Shown piece after piece: positions 36,814 to 47,340 of a stretch of 64,000 nt of DNA (the first letter of the stretch is position 1; each line of letters begins with the position of its first letter). Source of the DNA: a virus (taxonomy: Duplodnaviria > Caudoviricetes). A program made the position numbers and the translations under genes. The notes under the pieces are model-generated. The model worked only from the letters and a program-made list of their open reading frames with translations. It was not told the origin of the DNA and searched no databases. The stretch lies in the IMG/VR virus record IMGVR_UViG_3300034061_006011, one strand, 5' to 3'.

Positions 36814-39800
36814 TGAATTCTGTTGATTCCCTTTCTGAGTCCTGTATTTTGTTAAATACAGTTTCTGCTTTAATCATATTAATTATTGGAGTTACATTGT
36901 TCTCAATATTAACTACACTTTGGTTAACAACAGGTTCAATATCAATTTTTTCTATCTTAATTTCTTCTGTAACTGAATCGTTCTCAACAAAATTTATGTT
37001 TTTGACTTCTTCTTTTTCACTCTTAGAATCCTCATATATTTCTACTATTTGAGGAATATTATCAATATTAATTGATTTAGAATCAGATTCTGTAACATTG
37101 TCTTTAGCAACTGGGGTAAAGAGCGTAGCTTCTTCTATATTAGTATTAATTTTTTCAATTTCTTTACTTGAATTCAATTCTGACAATTTCAAAAATTTCA
37201 TTTCTGTTTTTTTGCTTTGATTGTAAACTTCGATTCCAAAATTAACATTCTTCATTTTGTCTTTAGCTTTTATCAAATGTAAATTTGATTTTTCACAAAA
37301 ACGATTGCAATCTCTAAGATTGTCAAATAATCCTAAGTTTTCAAAATAAAGACCAGCATTATCAATGTTTATACTCAAACATTCACACTTGTTGTTGGTT
37401 AATAAAGGATCTTTTACTGCAAAATAAATGTTGCTTTCAGTTGCGTTGAATGCAAAGGATGGTACAGGTTGACAGTTGATATCGTTTTGTTCTTCGCCCT
37501 CAGTCGGGCACGCTTCACCTAATCCGGGACAATTACAAGATGCAGTACAACCTAAAGGAGTGGGTGGTGACAAATTACAGGGTGATGTAGCAACCCATAT
37601 ACCAGCACTACATATTTTGCTACAAAAACAAGATAAACAATTACCTACTGGAGCAGAAGGTGTAGGCGGTGTTGGTGCAGTTGGTGTACACGAAGGATCT
37701 TTTTTACATGGTCTGTAAACAACCTGACCACTTATGCCTCTATTAGAAGGAGGTGGAGAAGTTATGCAAACATCAGGACAGTCATCGCAACAAATACATT
37801 TGTCGTTATCAAAAGTTTCATAGTTCCAACAAGTATTTATAGAAAACCATCTATTGTCTTGTACAGACCATTGGCACTGACAAGAACACTCGTTTTTTTC
37901 GCTTAGAACATCAGTGCAGTCGTTAGTTGGATCATGTTCAGTACATACAGTAAATCTTTGATAGTCGCCCGGTTGAGTCGGTGCTTGTAAATCCTCTAAA
38001 CAATAACATTCACAATTACCAATACAGTTAGAAATTTTTCTCCAGTTTGGATTTGGTATATCTGGGTGACAAGGAGTTCCAAGTCCGGGATCATATTGCC
38101 ATTCACATTGGTTAGGACATCCGGGATCTTTAAAACAACCAGTTGAAGCAAGTTCACCATCAGTTGTTCCGGGATTCTTTGGATGTGTGCAAGAACAACT
38201 AACATTAAAACAGCCTATTTGTTTAGGCATCCATTCTTCAAGTATTGAACTCCATTCCCAGAGACAATTTTCACCACAATAAGATTTACATCCAATATGG
38301 ATTATATCACCAATAAATTGAATTGGTGAAATTGGAATTTCCGATCCATCTCGACATACACAATCTCCATCACATGGTTGATAAATAAACGCACCATCAG
38401 CAGGTTGTCCATATTTCCTACATCCAGCATTATTACCAGTTGCCTGTGCCCACGAAGCAATACCTGAAGAATTAATTCCAAAAATGTATCTACACATACA
38501 ATTTTTGCAGTTTGAAGGATAATATGGATAAAAAGATGGAGTAAGATATATTGGTGTAATACTTGGAGTTAATGGCGCTGTTGGATTAGGAGGTCCGGGT
38601 GGTAAAAATCCGGGAGATGCTGGAACTGGTGGGAAAGCTGGTCCCGGTGGAATTGGTCCTGATGCCGGTGATGCTGGTCCTGATGCCGGTCCCGCCGCTG
38701 GTCCGGGATTAAATATTGGCGATGATGGCGAAGCTACCGGAGCAGAAGCTGGCGATGATGGAGCAGTCGGACCAAAACAAATATTATCTGAAACGCATAT
38801 GTTTATTAAAGCTCTACCAATAATACCAATTTGGTCGCATGTATCATATCCAGTATCATTGTTAAATTTTTGGACATACATCTCGTATTGTCCATCTGGA
38901 TTAATATTTTGAAAAGAAGATAAACCTGTTTTGTATGGAGCAGGTGGAGCAGGAGCAAGCAAACTGATATTTTCATGTCCATTTGGAGATGGATGATAAG
39001 TTCCAGATAACAAAGGAGTGTTAGTACTAACAGGTAATATATAATTTGTACTACTATCATCAAATGTTATATCAACATAATCAGCAATAGTATATGCGTT
39101 TGCGCCAATTGCTAATAATAATACAGCTGTTCCGTCTGGTCCAACCACTAATATTCTTACATCACCTAATCTTTTACTTGGTTTGAAAATTTTTAAAGAT
39201 TCAATTTCCACTGTCATTTTACTTATTGATGGCGTTCCATTACATAAAGATCCTGCAATAGTAAAATTAGCTGGATAAGGATTTGCTGTACAATTTGACC
39301 TAATATTTATTCCACCCGTTCTTATTGTAAAACAATCATTAAAATCAAAATTAACATTACCACCAATGGTTATTGGCGTAACACTTATCAAACTTGGGAT
39401 ATTTGGGAAAGGACTAACAGAAATAAATGAAGGAATGTTTGGAAACGGAGTTACTGTAATCACTGAAGGAATATTAAGATCTGGAGTTATATTAATAGTT
39501 GATGGTATAAATATAGGTCCAATATTAGCAAAAAAGTTTGGAAATACAATCGGAGGAAAGTTAATAATAACAGGATCACAATTTGCCGTAACAATCGGAA
39601 AAGGACCGGGAGTCAAAGCAGTTGGAATAGGTAAAGTAGGAACAGTTGCAGGAGTTCTAGCATCAATTAAATTTCCAGCGCCACCAACATTGTTTCTTAC
39701 TATGCCAGATACAACTGTAGAACAATTTTGATTAACTACCGTTAAAACTGGATCAACAACAAAGTTTGGTGGATAAATATGAGTGCCAATTAAACTGTTT

Positions 39801-40411
39801 GCATCAGATGTACCATCACCAAAATCTAAAATAAAACTATTAATATTTCCATTGATTATAATTTCATATGATATTTCAGTTCCAGTAACTGGACTCGAAG
39901 AAATAGTAGTATAATAAAATGTTACATCAGGACAACCAGAGTCATCTCCTATTTGCGGTAAACCTGCTAAATTTCTAACTCTCCAGTCAACAGTAGCTTG
40001 ATCTGGATTCTCCGTATAACCAATAAAATTTTCAGTGTTTACAATCGCTCTGGCAAGCTGATTGTGATGTTCTGCCATCACAAATCCACGAATATCTGTA
40101 CCAGCAGCATTAAACTTGGAAGACTTTCCACCAATATTACGCAAACAATTCAACAAACCATTCACTTTACTTGTATATTGGTCTTTGCTTACATTTTCGT
40201 AATAAAGAACTTCACCAGATATTGTGGCGTATCCATTATCTGCCCAAACTTCTGGTTTATCAGCATCAACAGGTTTGATATACAATGTTGTATCAAATTG
40301 TTCTGCTGATTTTGTTAGTATACTTTCAGTTGTGTTGTATACGTTAAGGAGTGTATAATCAGAATCATAGTTCTGAGGATATTGTGACGTTGGCGGAAAT
40401 ACTTGCTTCAA
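36800..40411 (-). CDS. Large virion protein: HHN module, PKD, proprotein-convertase P-domain, Pro-rich linker, Cys/Trp repeats
   Basis: TTG start with RBS; LDFGDG PKD; GDVRILVVGPDGTAVLL...ITFDDS P-domain; ~44 Cys in ~350 aa. Confidence 0.7.
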   Translation of the reverse strand: MKQVFPPTSQYPQNYDSDYTLLNVYNTTESILTKSAEQFDTTLYIKPVDADKPEVWADNGYATISGEVLYYENVSKDQYTSKVNGLLNCLRNIGGKSSKFNAAGTDIRGFVMAEHHNQLARAIVNTENFIGYTENPDQATVDWRVRNLAGLPQIGDDSGCPDVTFYYTTISSSPVTGTEISYEIIINGNINSFILDFGDGTSDANSLIGTHIYPPNFVVDPVLTVVNQNCSTVVSGIVRNNVGGAGNLIDARTPATVPTLPIPTALTPGPFPIVTANCDPVIINFPPIVFPNFFANIGPIFIPSTINITPDLNIPSVITVTPFPNIPSFISVSPFPNIPSLISVTPITIGGNVNFDFNDCFTIRTGGINIRSNCTANPYPANFTIAGSLCNGTPSISKMTVEIESLKIFKPSKRLGDVRILVVGPDGTAVLLLAIGANAYTIADYVDITFDDSSTNYILPVSTNTPLLSGTYHPSPNGHENISLLAPAPPAPYKTGLSSFQNINPDGQYEMYVQKFNNDTGYDTCDQIGIIGRALINICVSDNICFGPTAPSSPASAPVASPSSPIFNPGPAAGPASGPASPASGPIPPGPAFPPVPASPGFLPPGPPNPTAPLTPSITPIYLTPSFYPYYPSNCKNCMCRYIFGINSSGIASWAQATGNNAGCRKYGQPADGAFIYQPCDGDCVCRDGSEIPISPIQFIGDIIHIGCKSYCGENCLWEWSSILEEWMPKQIGCFNVSCSCTHPKNPGTTDGELASTGCFKDPGCPNQCEWQYDPGLGTPCHPDIPNPNWRKISNCIGNCECYCLEDLQAPTQPGDYQRFTVCTEHDPTNDCTDVLSEKNECSCQCQWSVQDNRWFSINTCWNYETFDNDKCICCDDCPDVCITSPPPSNRGISGQVVYRPCKKDPSCTPTAPTPPTPSAPVGNCLSCFCSKICSAGIWVATSPCNLSPPTPLGCTASCNCPGLGEACPTEGEEQNDINCQPVPSFAFNATESNIYFAVKDPLLTNNKCECLSINIDNAGLYFENLGLFDNLRDCNRFCEKSNLHLIKAKDKMKNVNFGIEVYNQSKKTEMKFLKLSELNSSKEIEKINTNIEEATLFTPVAKDNVTESDSKSINIDNIPQIVEIYEDSKSEKEEVKNINFVENDSVTEEIKIEKIDIEPVVNQSVVNIENNVTPIINMIKAETVFNKIQDSERESTEFNDRK

Positions 40412-40444
40412 TTTTATGCCCTACCTATTAATATTTAGTTTAAT

Positions 40445-43400
40445 TTAAAATATATTACTATGCCATTGAGAAGAATTTACCCTTTTTGGCAATCTACTGA
40501 ATGTTAAAGTTATATCACTAAACTGAATGAATGAATTGTCTGTGTAGTCAAAGCTAACATATGCTATGTGGTCATTATCAGAACATGCAACAAGAGTATT
40601 TGCTGGATTATTATAATCTGGCTTGGTAGTATCTTGCATTCCTTTGAATGCAAGTGAATTGATACCCGGACCACCAGTTTGCCAAACAGCATTGTTTGGA
40701 TTATAAGCTGAAACACTTCCTGTGTTATTAAAGAAGTACAAACCAGATGAAAGATTAACAAGACCGCCTTCTAATTTTTCTGGTCCAGCAATATCAGCTA
40801 ATTTTTCAAAGTAATAAATAAGGTTAACACCATCTTCTTTTGTTTTATAGAAACTATTTATTTTAAAGAAATCTCCAATACCACTGTTCCTAAGAATATA
40901 ACCATTTCTGCCATTAAATGCAGTTCTGTATACTGAGAAATAACCATAAAGACTTGTTCCATCATCAAATTGTGATGGATTTTGTTTCAATTCTCCAGAA
41001 GAACCTAAGTACTGAATCCCTGATATTGTTGATGTTGAATATGAATTTGATATCAAATCATGTTGAAGAATCTGTTGATTTGTCAAAGAAAGACCAGCAG
41101 GTTGAGTTAATGGATTGCCAAATAGATAATAAATATTATTTTCAAAGCCATAAGCTATCCAGTTCCAAGGTCTGTATGTTGCATTAAATGCATTATAAGT
41201 TTCATTAAATGCATTATAATTTATAGAAATTATCTTTTCTAAACTAACAGGATCAACGGCATCTCTACCTGTCGCATAATTCAACAGAAGACTGCCACCA
41301 TAACCACTTGAATAAACACTATTAAGTGTAGAAAAACTATTTCTAGAAAATTCTCTAATTGCTTGAGTGTCATTTTCTGTGCCTTGCAAGAAATTATCAT
41401 TAATGAAAACTTCTTGACCAGTAGATTGTGTTGTTTTAAATGTGTGACTTAAAAGACCAAATTCGTTTGCGTAAATATAATTTGAATTGGCTCCATAAGT
41501 AAACAAATAATAGTTCTTTAATTCTATTACATTAATATAATTTGCTTTTTGTGTTATTCTATAAGAACCATTTTCTGTCAAGCATTGAAGAACTAGATCA
41601 TAGACTCCACCAATAGGATAACTTATATTTGTGTAAGAATTATTTGGGTGAGAAAGAACATCGCTTAGTATCCAATTGTATTCTGTCACTGGATCAATTG
41701 CGTTTTCTCCATTGTCTGTAACTACAACGTAAAGATTAATATTGTTTGGTGTCTTTACTTGTCCATTTATTTCTATTTGATAAGTGTTTAATTCTGGAAC
41801 AATTGTTGCAAAATCTGGAGCTTCATATCTTGCATTGATATAATCTGGGAATTCTGAAACATTTGTGCCAAATTCATTGGTAACAGTTAATGTTACAGTA
41901 TAAATTCCCGGATTTTGATATGTGTGCGTTACATCAGCTGAAGAGTTTTTGGTGGAATAATTAATAACTTTTGTTGAACCATCTCCAAAATCCCATGTGT
42001 AAGTTATATCATTTCCCCGTAATTCTTTTCCAGAATTAAAACTTAAATCTGTAAAATAAACTTCTAAAGGAACAATTCCTACTGTTGCGTTTGCGTTAAA
42101 CCAAGGTTTTGGATTATAAGCAATACTTCTAATGTAATTAATTCTCTGTTCAATCGTACCAACCAGAGGTTTAGTAGCAATTTGATTAGCAACACCAACA
42201 TAATTCTGAATTGTTTTTAATGCGTTTTTAACAGCATTATGGTGTTGAGCAACAACATTCAATGTGACATTGGTTACATTTTTAGGTTTGTAGGAATCAA
42301 CAAATTCATCTAAAAGTTTAATTCCTTCAAATGTAGTGTTTGTTTTTGATGTGTAATAGAAAGAAATTGCTCTAAATTCAGGTTCACTACAGTTTTCTGT
42401 TAAAGTTATAATCCCTGCATCAGGGAACAAAGCCATCATAATTGGATTGTTCTCAACCACAACTGATATGTCACCAAGATTGTAATCTTGCGCCAACATT
42501 AATCTCAAACTATCTTTTGTAGCATAAAGATTAGCATCGCTATCATATTGTGTTGGGAAGTTAATAGCTGGTAAAACTGCACTTACTTCTGGAGCAACTG
42601 GTGCTACAGGAACAATAGGCGGTAATGGTGTTGCTGGTCCTGCTATTGGTGTCGTAGGTGCAATCGGACTTGGTATTGGAGTCGGTGTCGGTGCAGGTGT
42701 TGGAACGGGAATAGGTGCAGGAACTGGAATTGGCGTTACTGTAGGCGTTGCTGGTCCTACTGCTGGTGTTGCTGGTCCTACTGCTGGTGTTGCTGGTCCT
42801 ACTGCTGGTGTTGCTGCTGGTGTTGCTGCTGGTGTTGCTGGTCCTACTGCTGGTGTTGCTGGTCCTACTGCTGGTGTAGCTGGTGTAAAGCTTGGTGTTG
42901 CTGGTGTAAAGCTTGGTGTTGTTGGTCCTGCTGGTGTAAAGCTTGGTGTTGTTGGTCCTGCTGGTGTAAAGCTTGGTGTTGTTGGTCCTGCTGCTGGTGT
43001 AAAGCTTGGTGTTGTTGGTCCTGCTGCTGGTGTAAAGCTTGGTGTTGTTGGTCCTGCTGCTGGTGTAAAGCTTGGTGTTGCTGGTGTAAAGCTTGGTGTT
43101 GCTGGTGTAGCTGATGGTGTAGGTGTTGTTCTTGATACGCAACTAGTTGTTGCTTCCTGACCTATATAATCGCCTGAATATGTGGGTTGTGCATTCTCGC
43201 ACCAGCATTCTGTCGTGCATGAGTTGTTTATCAATAGCCAATAAGAAAAACCACCCGCTTGAAACCACTGCCAAAAACAACTGCCACATACTGGTGTTGC
43301 TGGTGTTGCTGGTGTTGATGGTGTTGCTGGTGTTGATGGTGTTGCTGGTGTTGCTGGTGTTGATGGTGTTGATGGTGTAAAGCTTGGTGTTGCTGGTCCT

Positions 43401-44911
43401 GCTGGTGTAAAGCTTGGTGTTGCTGGTCCTGCTGGTGTAAAGCTTGGTGTTGCTGGTCCTGCTGGTGTAAAGCTTGGCGTTGCTGGTCCTGCTGGTGTTG
43501 CTGGTGTTGCTGGTCCTGCTGGTGTTGCTGGTGTTGCTGGTGTTGCTGGTGTTGCTGGTGTTGCTGGTGTTGCTGGTGTATACGGAGCAGCCTGCGGCGT
43601 ATGCGGTGTTGCTGGTGTTGCTGGTGTTGCTGGTGTTGCTGGTGTTGCTGGTGTTGCTGGTGTTGCTGGTGTTGCTGGTGTTGCTGGTGTTGCTGGTGTT
43701 GCTGGTGTTGGACTGCATTGAGATTGGTAAGTTTCATCAAGAAAACTAGCAGCATCAAAACATTGATCTTCTGCGTTACTGTCACACATAGTCCATGCTA
43801 ATAAAGTACAATCTGCCCAGCTACCAAGAGGAGAAAGACATGTTTCTAAATTTGCACACGCATCAATTTGAATACCATTAGGACAACAAACCATAGCAAT
43901 AATAGTACATTCAACATCATCGGCAGTTTTACATTCACCTGCAATTGCATCCCAATATGGAGGAATTCCTTGATGCCCTCCACCAGTACATCCATTGGTA
44001 CATTTTGCTTCTGCACCCGGAGTGGCAATAAAGCTACCTGAATCTGTTGTGTAACATCCTTGACTTTCACAGCATTCTTGATCTTGACATTGCGGTCCAG
44101 CTTGTGGTGTTGCATTTGGTGTAGCATTTGGTGTAGCATTTGGTGTAGCATTTGGTGTAGCTGGTGTAGCTGGTGTAGCTGGTGTAGCTGGTGGTGGTTG
44201 ACATGATGTTTGGTATGTATCACCCGGATTATCACAAGGACCGCCATCAATTGGACAAGAAACTCCACATTCTTCTGGGCACTCTGCATTTGTTCTTAAC
44301 CAGTTTCCTTCAATGCAAGCATAGTCACAAGAACCACCACAATTACAAGCAAAATGTCTTTTTTCTGATAAACTAGAACATGGTTCTAATTCTCCCGGAC
44401 AATACTCACCACAAGGTGCAGAACTTTGTGGTCCATCTGGACATGCTCCAAATTGCCCCTCACCAATTTGCCAACAACCTACAGGATAAGCTGGACCGCA
44501 AGGAGAGCATGTTTGTTCACAAAAACAACAGACTGTATCTGCTTCTGCACCAACATTTCCCGAAGTGCAATCATAAGCTGGACTACCACCATAAGTTGAA
44601 CTAGGCTGGGTGCAAGTCCCCATCAAACAATCACGAGTTTTGGTCCATGCATATCCACCATTTTGGGATTCGCATTTCCAACCGCAAGTTAGACCAGTTT
44701 CGTTTATCTTACGCACTTCTTCAACATTATTTCCTTTAAAGTTTTCAATATATTTTAATACTTGTTCAGCTTCATCAAATGTTTCATAAGGAGAAGATAA
44801 TATTGATTCACTTTCTTGTAAAGAATTATTATCTTCTAAATAAAGAATATAAAGATCATCATTATTAATGATGATATACCAACCTTTGATGAATTCTGAT
44901 TCTTCAGACAT
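40445..44911 (-). CDS. Large virion protein: Cys/Trp repeats, PAT mucin-like stalk, HHN module, PKD
   Basis: WDFGDGS...HTYQNPGIYTVTL PKD; PAT/TPSF repeats; Cys-rich N-terminus. Confidence 0.7.
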   Translation of the reverse strand: MSEESEFIKGWYIIINNDDLYILYLEDNNSLQESESILSSPYETFDEAEQVLKYIENFKGNNVEEVRKINETGLTCGWKCESQNGGYAWTKTRDCLMGTCTQPSSTYGGSPAYDCTSGNVGAEADTVCCFCEQTCSPCGPAYPVGCWQIGEGQFGACPDGPQSSAPCGEYCPGELEPCSSLSEKRHFACNCGGSCDYACIEGNWLRTNAECPEECGVSCPIDGGPCDNPGDTYQTSCQPPPATPATPATPATPNATPNATPNATPNATPQAGPQCQDQECCESQGCYTTDSGSFIATPGAEAKCTNGCTGGGHQGIPPYWDAIAGECKTADDVECTIIAMVCCPNGIQIDACANLETCLSPLGSWADCTLLAWTMCDSNAEDQCFDAASFLDETYQSQCSPTPATPATPATPATPATPATPATPATPATPATPATPHTPQAAPYTPATPATPATPATPATPATPAGPATPATPAGPATPSFTPAGPATPSFTPAGPATPSFTPAGPATPSFTPSTPSTPATPATPSTPATPSTPATPATPVCGSCFWQWFQAGGFSYWLLINNSCTTECWCENAQPTYSGDYIGQEATTSCVSRTTPTPSATPATPSFTPATPSFTPAAGPTTPSFTPAAGPTTPSFTPAAGPTTPSFTPAGPTTPSFTPAGPTTPSFTPATPSFTPATPAVGPATPAVGPATPAATPAATPAVGPATPAVGPATPAVGPATPTVTPIPVPAPIPVPTPAPTPTPIPSPIAPTTPIAGPATPLPPIVPVAPVAPEVSAVLPAINFPTQYDSDANLYATKDSLRLMLAQDYNLGDISVVVENNPIMMALFPDAGIITLTENCSEPEFRAISFYYTSKTNTTFEGIKLLDEFVDSYKPKNVTNVTLNVVAQHHNAVKNALKTIQNYVGVANQIATKPLVGTIEQRINYIRSIAYNPKPWFNANATVGIVPLEVYFTDLSFNSGKELRGNDITYTWDFGDGSTKVINYSTKNSSADVTHTYQNPGIYTVTLTVTNEFGTNVSEFPDYINARYEAPDFATIVPELNTYQIEINGQVKTPNNINLYVVVTDNGENAIDPVTEYNWILSDVLSHPNNSYTNISYPIGGVYDLVLQCLTENGSYRITQKANYINVIELKNYYLFTYGANSNYIYANEFGLLSHTFKTTQSTGQEVFINDNFLQGTENDTQAIREFSRNSFSTLNSVYSSGYGGSLLLNYATGRDAVDPVSLEKIISINYNAFNETYNAFNATYRPWNWIAYGFENNIYYLFGNPLTQPAGLSLTNQQILQHDLISNSYSTSTISGIQYLGSSGELKQNPSQFDDGTSLYGYFSVYRTAFNGRNGYILRNSGIGDFFKINSFYKTKEDGVNLIYYFEKLADIAGPEKLEGGLVNLSSGLYFFNNTGSVSAYNPNNAVWQTGGPGINSLAFKGMQDTTKPDYNNPANTLVACSDNDHIAYVSFDYTDNSFIQFSDITLTFSRLPKRVNSSQWHSNIF
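42590..43140 (-). repeat. Coding tandem repeats TPSFTPA(A)GP / TPAVGPA / PAP
   Basis: Repeated ggtgtaaagcttggtgtt and gctggtcctact units on +. Confidence 0.9.
43290..43712 (-). repeat. 9-nt tandem arrays encoding (PAT)n with TPSFTPAGPA units
   Basis: Long ggtgttgct arrays on +. Confidence 0.95.
44100..44195 (-). repeat. (PAT)n and (PNAT)n coding repeats
   Basis: ggtgtagct and tttggtgtagca units on +. Confidence 0.85.
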
Positions 44912-45930
44912 TACAAAACCTTTATTGGATTGGAAATAATTATTCTGTTTACATTATTACCTTCAAGAGTAATCAACAATGTGGGAGCATAAGTTCCCGG
45001 TTTTTGATATGTGTGAGTTGTATAATGAATATTAGGGTTCTGCTGACTTTGATTGCCACCATCCTCAAATATCCAAAATCTCTCCACAATTTTACCAACA
45101 GATTGATCGATTAAATTAAATTCAGTAGGATCAACACCTAATTCAGCAGCAGTTTGAACCGAATACCCAATACTAGGCGTAGCATAAAAGAATAAATCAG
45201 GAGTATTAGTAGAAACATTAACATAACCAGTCTTAGATATTACGCCTTGCGCCCCAAGATCTGTAATAACACGCAACTTAACGTCAAAAGCACCTTCGTT
45301 AATATAAGTGTGAGTAGGACTCTTTAAAAGACTTGTGCCACCATCACCAAAATCCCAGAAAAATTTATTTGCAATAATATTACTAAAATTTTGAAACTTA
45401 ACAGTCAAAGGAGGTTTGCCATTCAAAGGATATCCTCTGAATAATGGTCTAGGAGTCAAATACTTAATTTCTTGCTTCTTTAAGATGCCATTAAGAGTCT
45501 CTGCCGCAGGTTCAACCAAAGTTCCGAGTGTTTGTTCAATCTTTATAATTGAGTCTTTAAGGCTATTGTGGTGATCAGCAAAGACACCACCAATAACCTG
45601 CGAACCAACAACCCAATTTGTTTCTCTTGAATCTCCAAAACCTCTAATTAAATTATAAAAAGTTTGACTTGTTTTGTTTTCGTAATAAATATATTCTGGA
45701 GGAGTTGCGTATTTATCTTCTAGATTAATTCTAATTAATCCCTTATCAGGGAAATTTTCTGTAGATTCTACAATTATTAGGTTCGCACCATAATTCAAAG
45801 CTTGAGTTAATGATGTTTCACTATTATTTTTAGCAGAATATAGCGTATCATAGCCATCAATAGCTTGTGGGAATATGGATAGATCACCAGTTGTGTATCC
45901 AATGTCATAACTACTTAACTTACTGACCAT
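44911..45930 (-). CDS. Virion protein with HHN module and two PKD domains
   Basis: FFWDFGDGG...HTYINEG and HTYQKPGTY PKD motifs. Confidence 0.75.
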   Translation of the reverse strand: MVSKLSSYDIGYTTGDLSIFPQAIDGYDTLYSAKNNSETSLTQALNYGANLIIVESTENFPDKGLIRINLEDKYATPPEYIYYENKTSQTFYNLIRGFGDSRETNWVVGSQVIGGVFADHHNSLKDSIIKIEQTLGTLVEPAAETLNGILKKQEIKYLTPRPLFRGYPLNGKPPLTVKFQNFSNIIANKFFWDFGDGGTSLLKSPTHTYINEGAFDVKLRVITDLGAQGVISKTGYVNVSTNTPDLFFYATPSIGYSVQTAAELGVDPTEFNLIDQSVGKIVERFWIFEDGGNQSQQNPNIHYTTHTYQKPGTYAPTLLITLEGNNVNRIIISNPIKVL

Positions 45931-46519
45931 TACCCAAAAGACCTTTCTGCTTGTTCATGGACTCAATCAAATTGTGCTTCAATCTACTATTATTTTCTAA
46001 TTGCAAAATTGATTTAACCAGTTCTTTATTTACGGGATGACCAAGCAAAAAATCTAAATTTAATTCGCTGCCGAACTTATTTTCAAAATATTCTGCCTGT
46101 GCATTATTATCATTCCATCCTTTTACCTTGATTTTTGCATCAATTTTATTAAAAAGACTTATGAAAACAGCACATTCTTCTTCTTGATTTTTCTTCTTTT
46201 CCAAAAGTTTTTGATGATTTATTTTTAAAGATTCAATAGTTCTTTCAATTTTCCTAACAATAAATTTAGATTTTTTAGTATTTTTTTCTAATTCTTCTTC
46301 AATTTCTATTTTCTTTATTTCAATATCATCTAAAATGTTGGCAAGTTCCATTTCAAGACTGACCAAACTATCATAACGAGATTCTAATTCTCTAAGACAC
46401 TGCCAAGCTTGAGAGTTTGGTGTAGTTTCTTTTCCTACAATAAATTTTTCTATTTGGAATTCGCTATGTCTGTTGCAAACAATATTTTTATCTAACAAAT
46501 CTTTGATGTTATTTAGCAT
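45920..46519 (-). CDS. Coiled-coil hypothetical protein
   Basis: Heptad-rich E/K/I/L core. Confidence 0.6.
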   Translation of the reverse strand: MLNNIKDLLDKNIVCNRHSEFQIEKFIVGKETTPNSQAWQCLRELESRYDSLVSLEMELANILDDIEIKKIEIEEELEKNTKKSKFIVRKIERTIESLKINHQKLLEKKKNQEEECAVFISLFNKIDAKIKVKGWNDNNAQAEYFENKFGSELNLDFLLGHPVNKELVKSILQLENNSRLKHNLIESMNKQKGLLGNGQ

Positions 46520-46537
46520 GTAATAACATAGTGATTT

Positions 46538-47323
46538 TTAATCTAATGCTAAATTGAAATCTATTCTTATAACATCAGAAGATGTTATCGCTTGATCTAA
46601 CACAAAACCTAGACGATTTGTGTTTTCTGTAAATCCATTTAGCTGATAACTACTCGTTGCATATGGAGTTGGCACATAAATAGAAGCGCCATCACTGTAG
46701 ATTCTTGTACCATTTACATAAACCCTAAGAGATCCTTCTTCATAAGGAACATTAAGTCCAGTTATATAATTAATATAATCTGGACTTAAACCAGCTGACA
46801 ATGGTTCTATACTGTAAAAATGCCTGTGTGCATATTGCAAACCAACTTCAACTTCAGCAGTAATAATATTCGGTTCATGAACAACAAAGTTTATAGTACT
46901 TGAATTCTTAAATAAAATTGGTCCATTATCAAAATAAACAATCTGACTAACTTGATCAACTTGAATACTTATATTTTTAGCTTCATCAGCTATAAGAGCT
47001 AATTTTTGACGTTCAGAAAGAGTCATCCTTACATAATCAGTGCCATCATAAGATCCATCTGTATGTGCGCCTATATTATGAAGAGCTTCATCAATTTTAT
47101 ATGTTAAAAGATCTCCATTTGGAGCTATGGATTGATTTAATCTTGCTGCCAAAGTTCCTGTTGTTCCAATAGCAGATTCTAGAATTGCAGTATTAGCATC
47201 TACAGAATTATTAATTACCTCATCTCTTTGAGCCAAGGCATCAAATGGTTGATTATCCACCTGATAATAATAAGGCTGTAGTGCTTGATAACTTGGTACT
47301 GGGATTATACTAATATTAGGCAT
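46538..47323 (-). CDS. Putative baseplate/tail fibre-associated structural protein
   Basis: GSLRVYVNG.RI beta-rich C-terminus; ATG at 47323 avoids a long overlap. Confidence 0.55.
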   Translation of the reverse strand: MPNISIIPVPSYQALQPYYYQVDNQPFDALAQRDEVINNSVDANTAILESAIGTTGTLAARLNQSIAPNGDLLTYKIDEALHNIGAHTDGSYDGTDYVRMTLSERQKLALIADEAKNISIQVDQVSQIVYFDNGPILFKNSSTINFVVHEPNIITAEVEVGLQYAHRHFYSIEPLSAGLSPDYINYITGLNVPYEEGSLRVYVNGTRIYSDGASIYVPTPYATSSYQLNGFTENTNRLGFVLDQAITSSDVIRIDFNLALD

Positions 47324-47340
47324 GATATATTTAGAACGAA

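Noticed and set aside
42561-43801. Alternative-frame ORFs (SNT-rich, poly-Q/H, poly-LV, CWC repeats)
   Set aside because: They are stop-free shadows of the 9-nt PAT arrays; only the frame continuous with the 1488-aa gene carries recognisable domains
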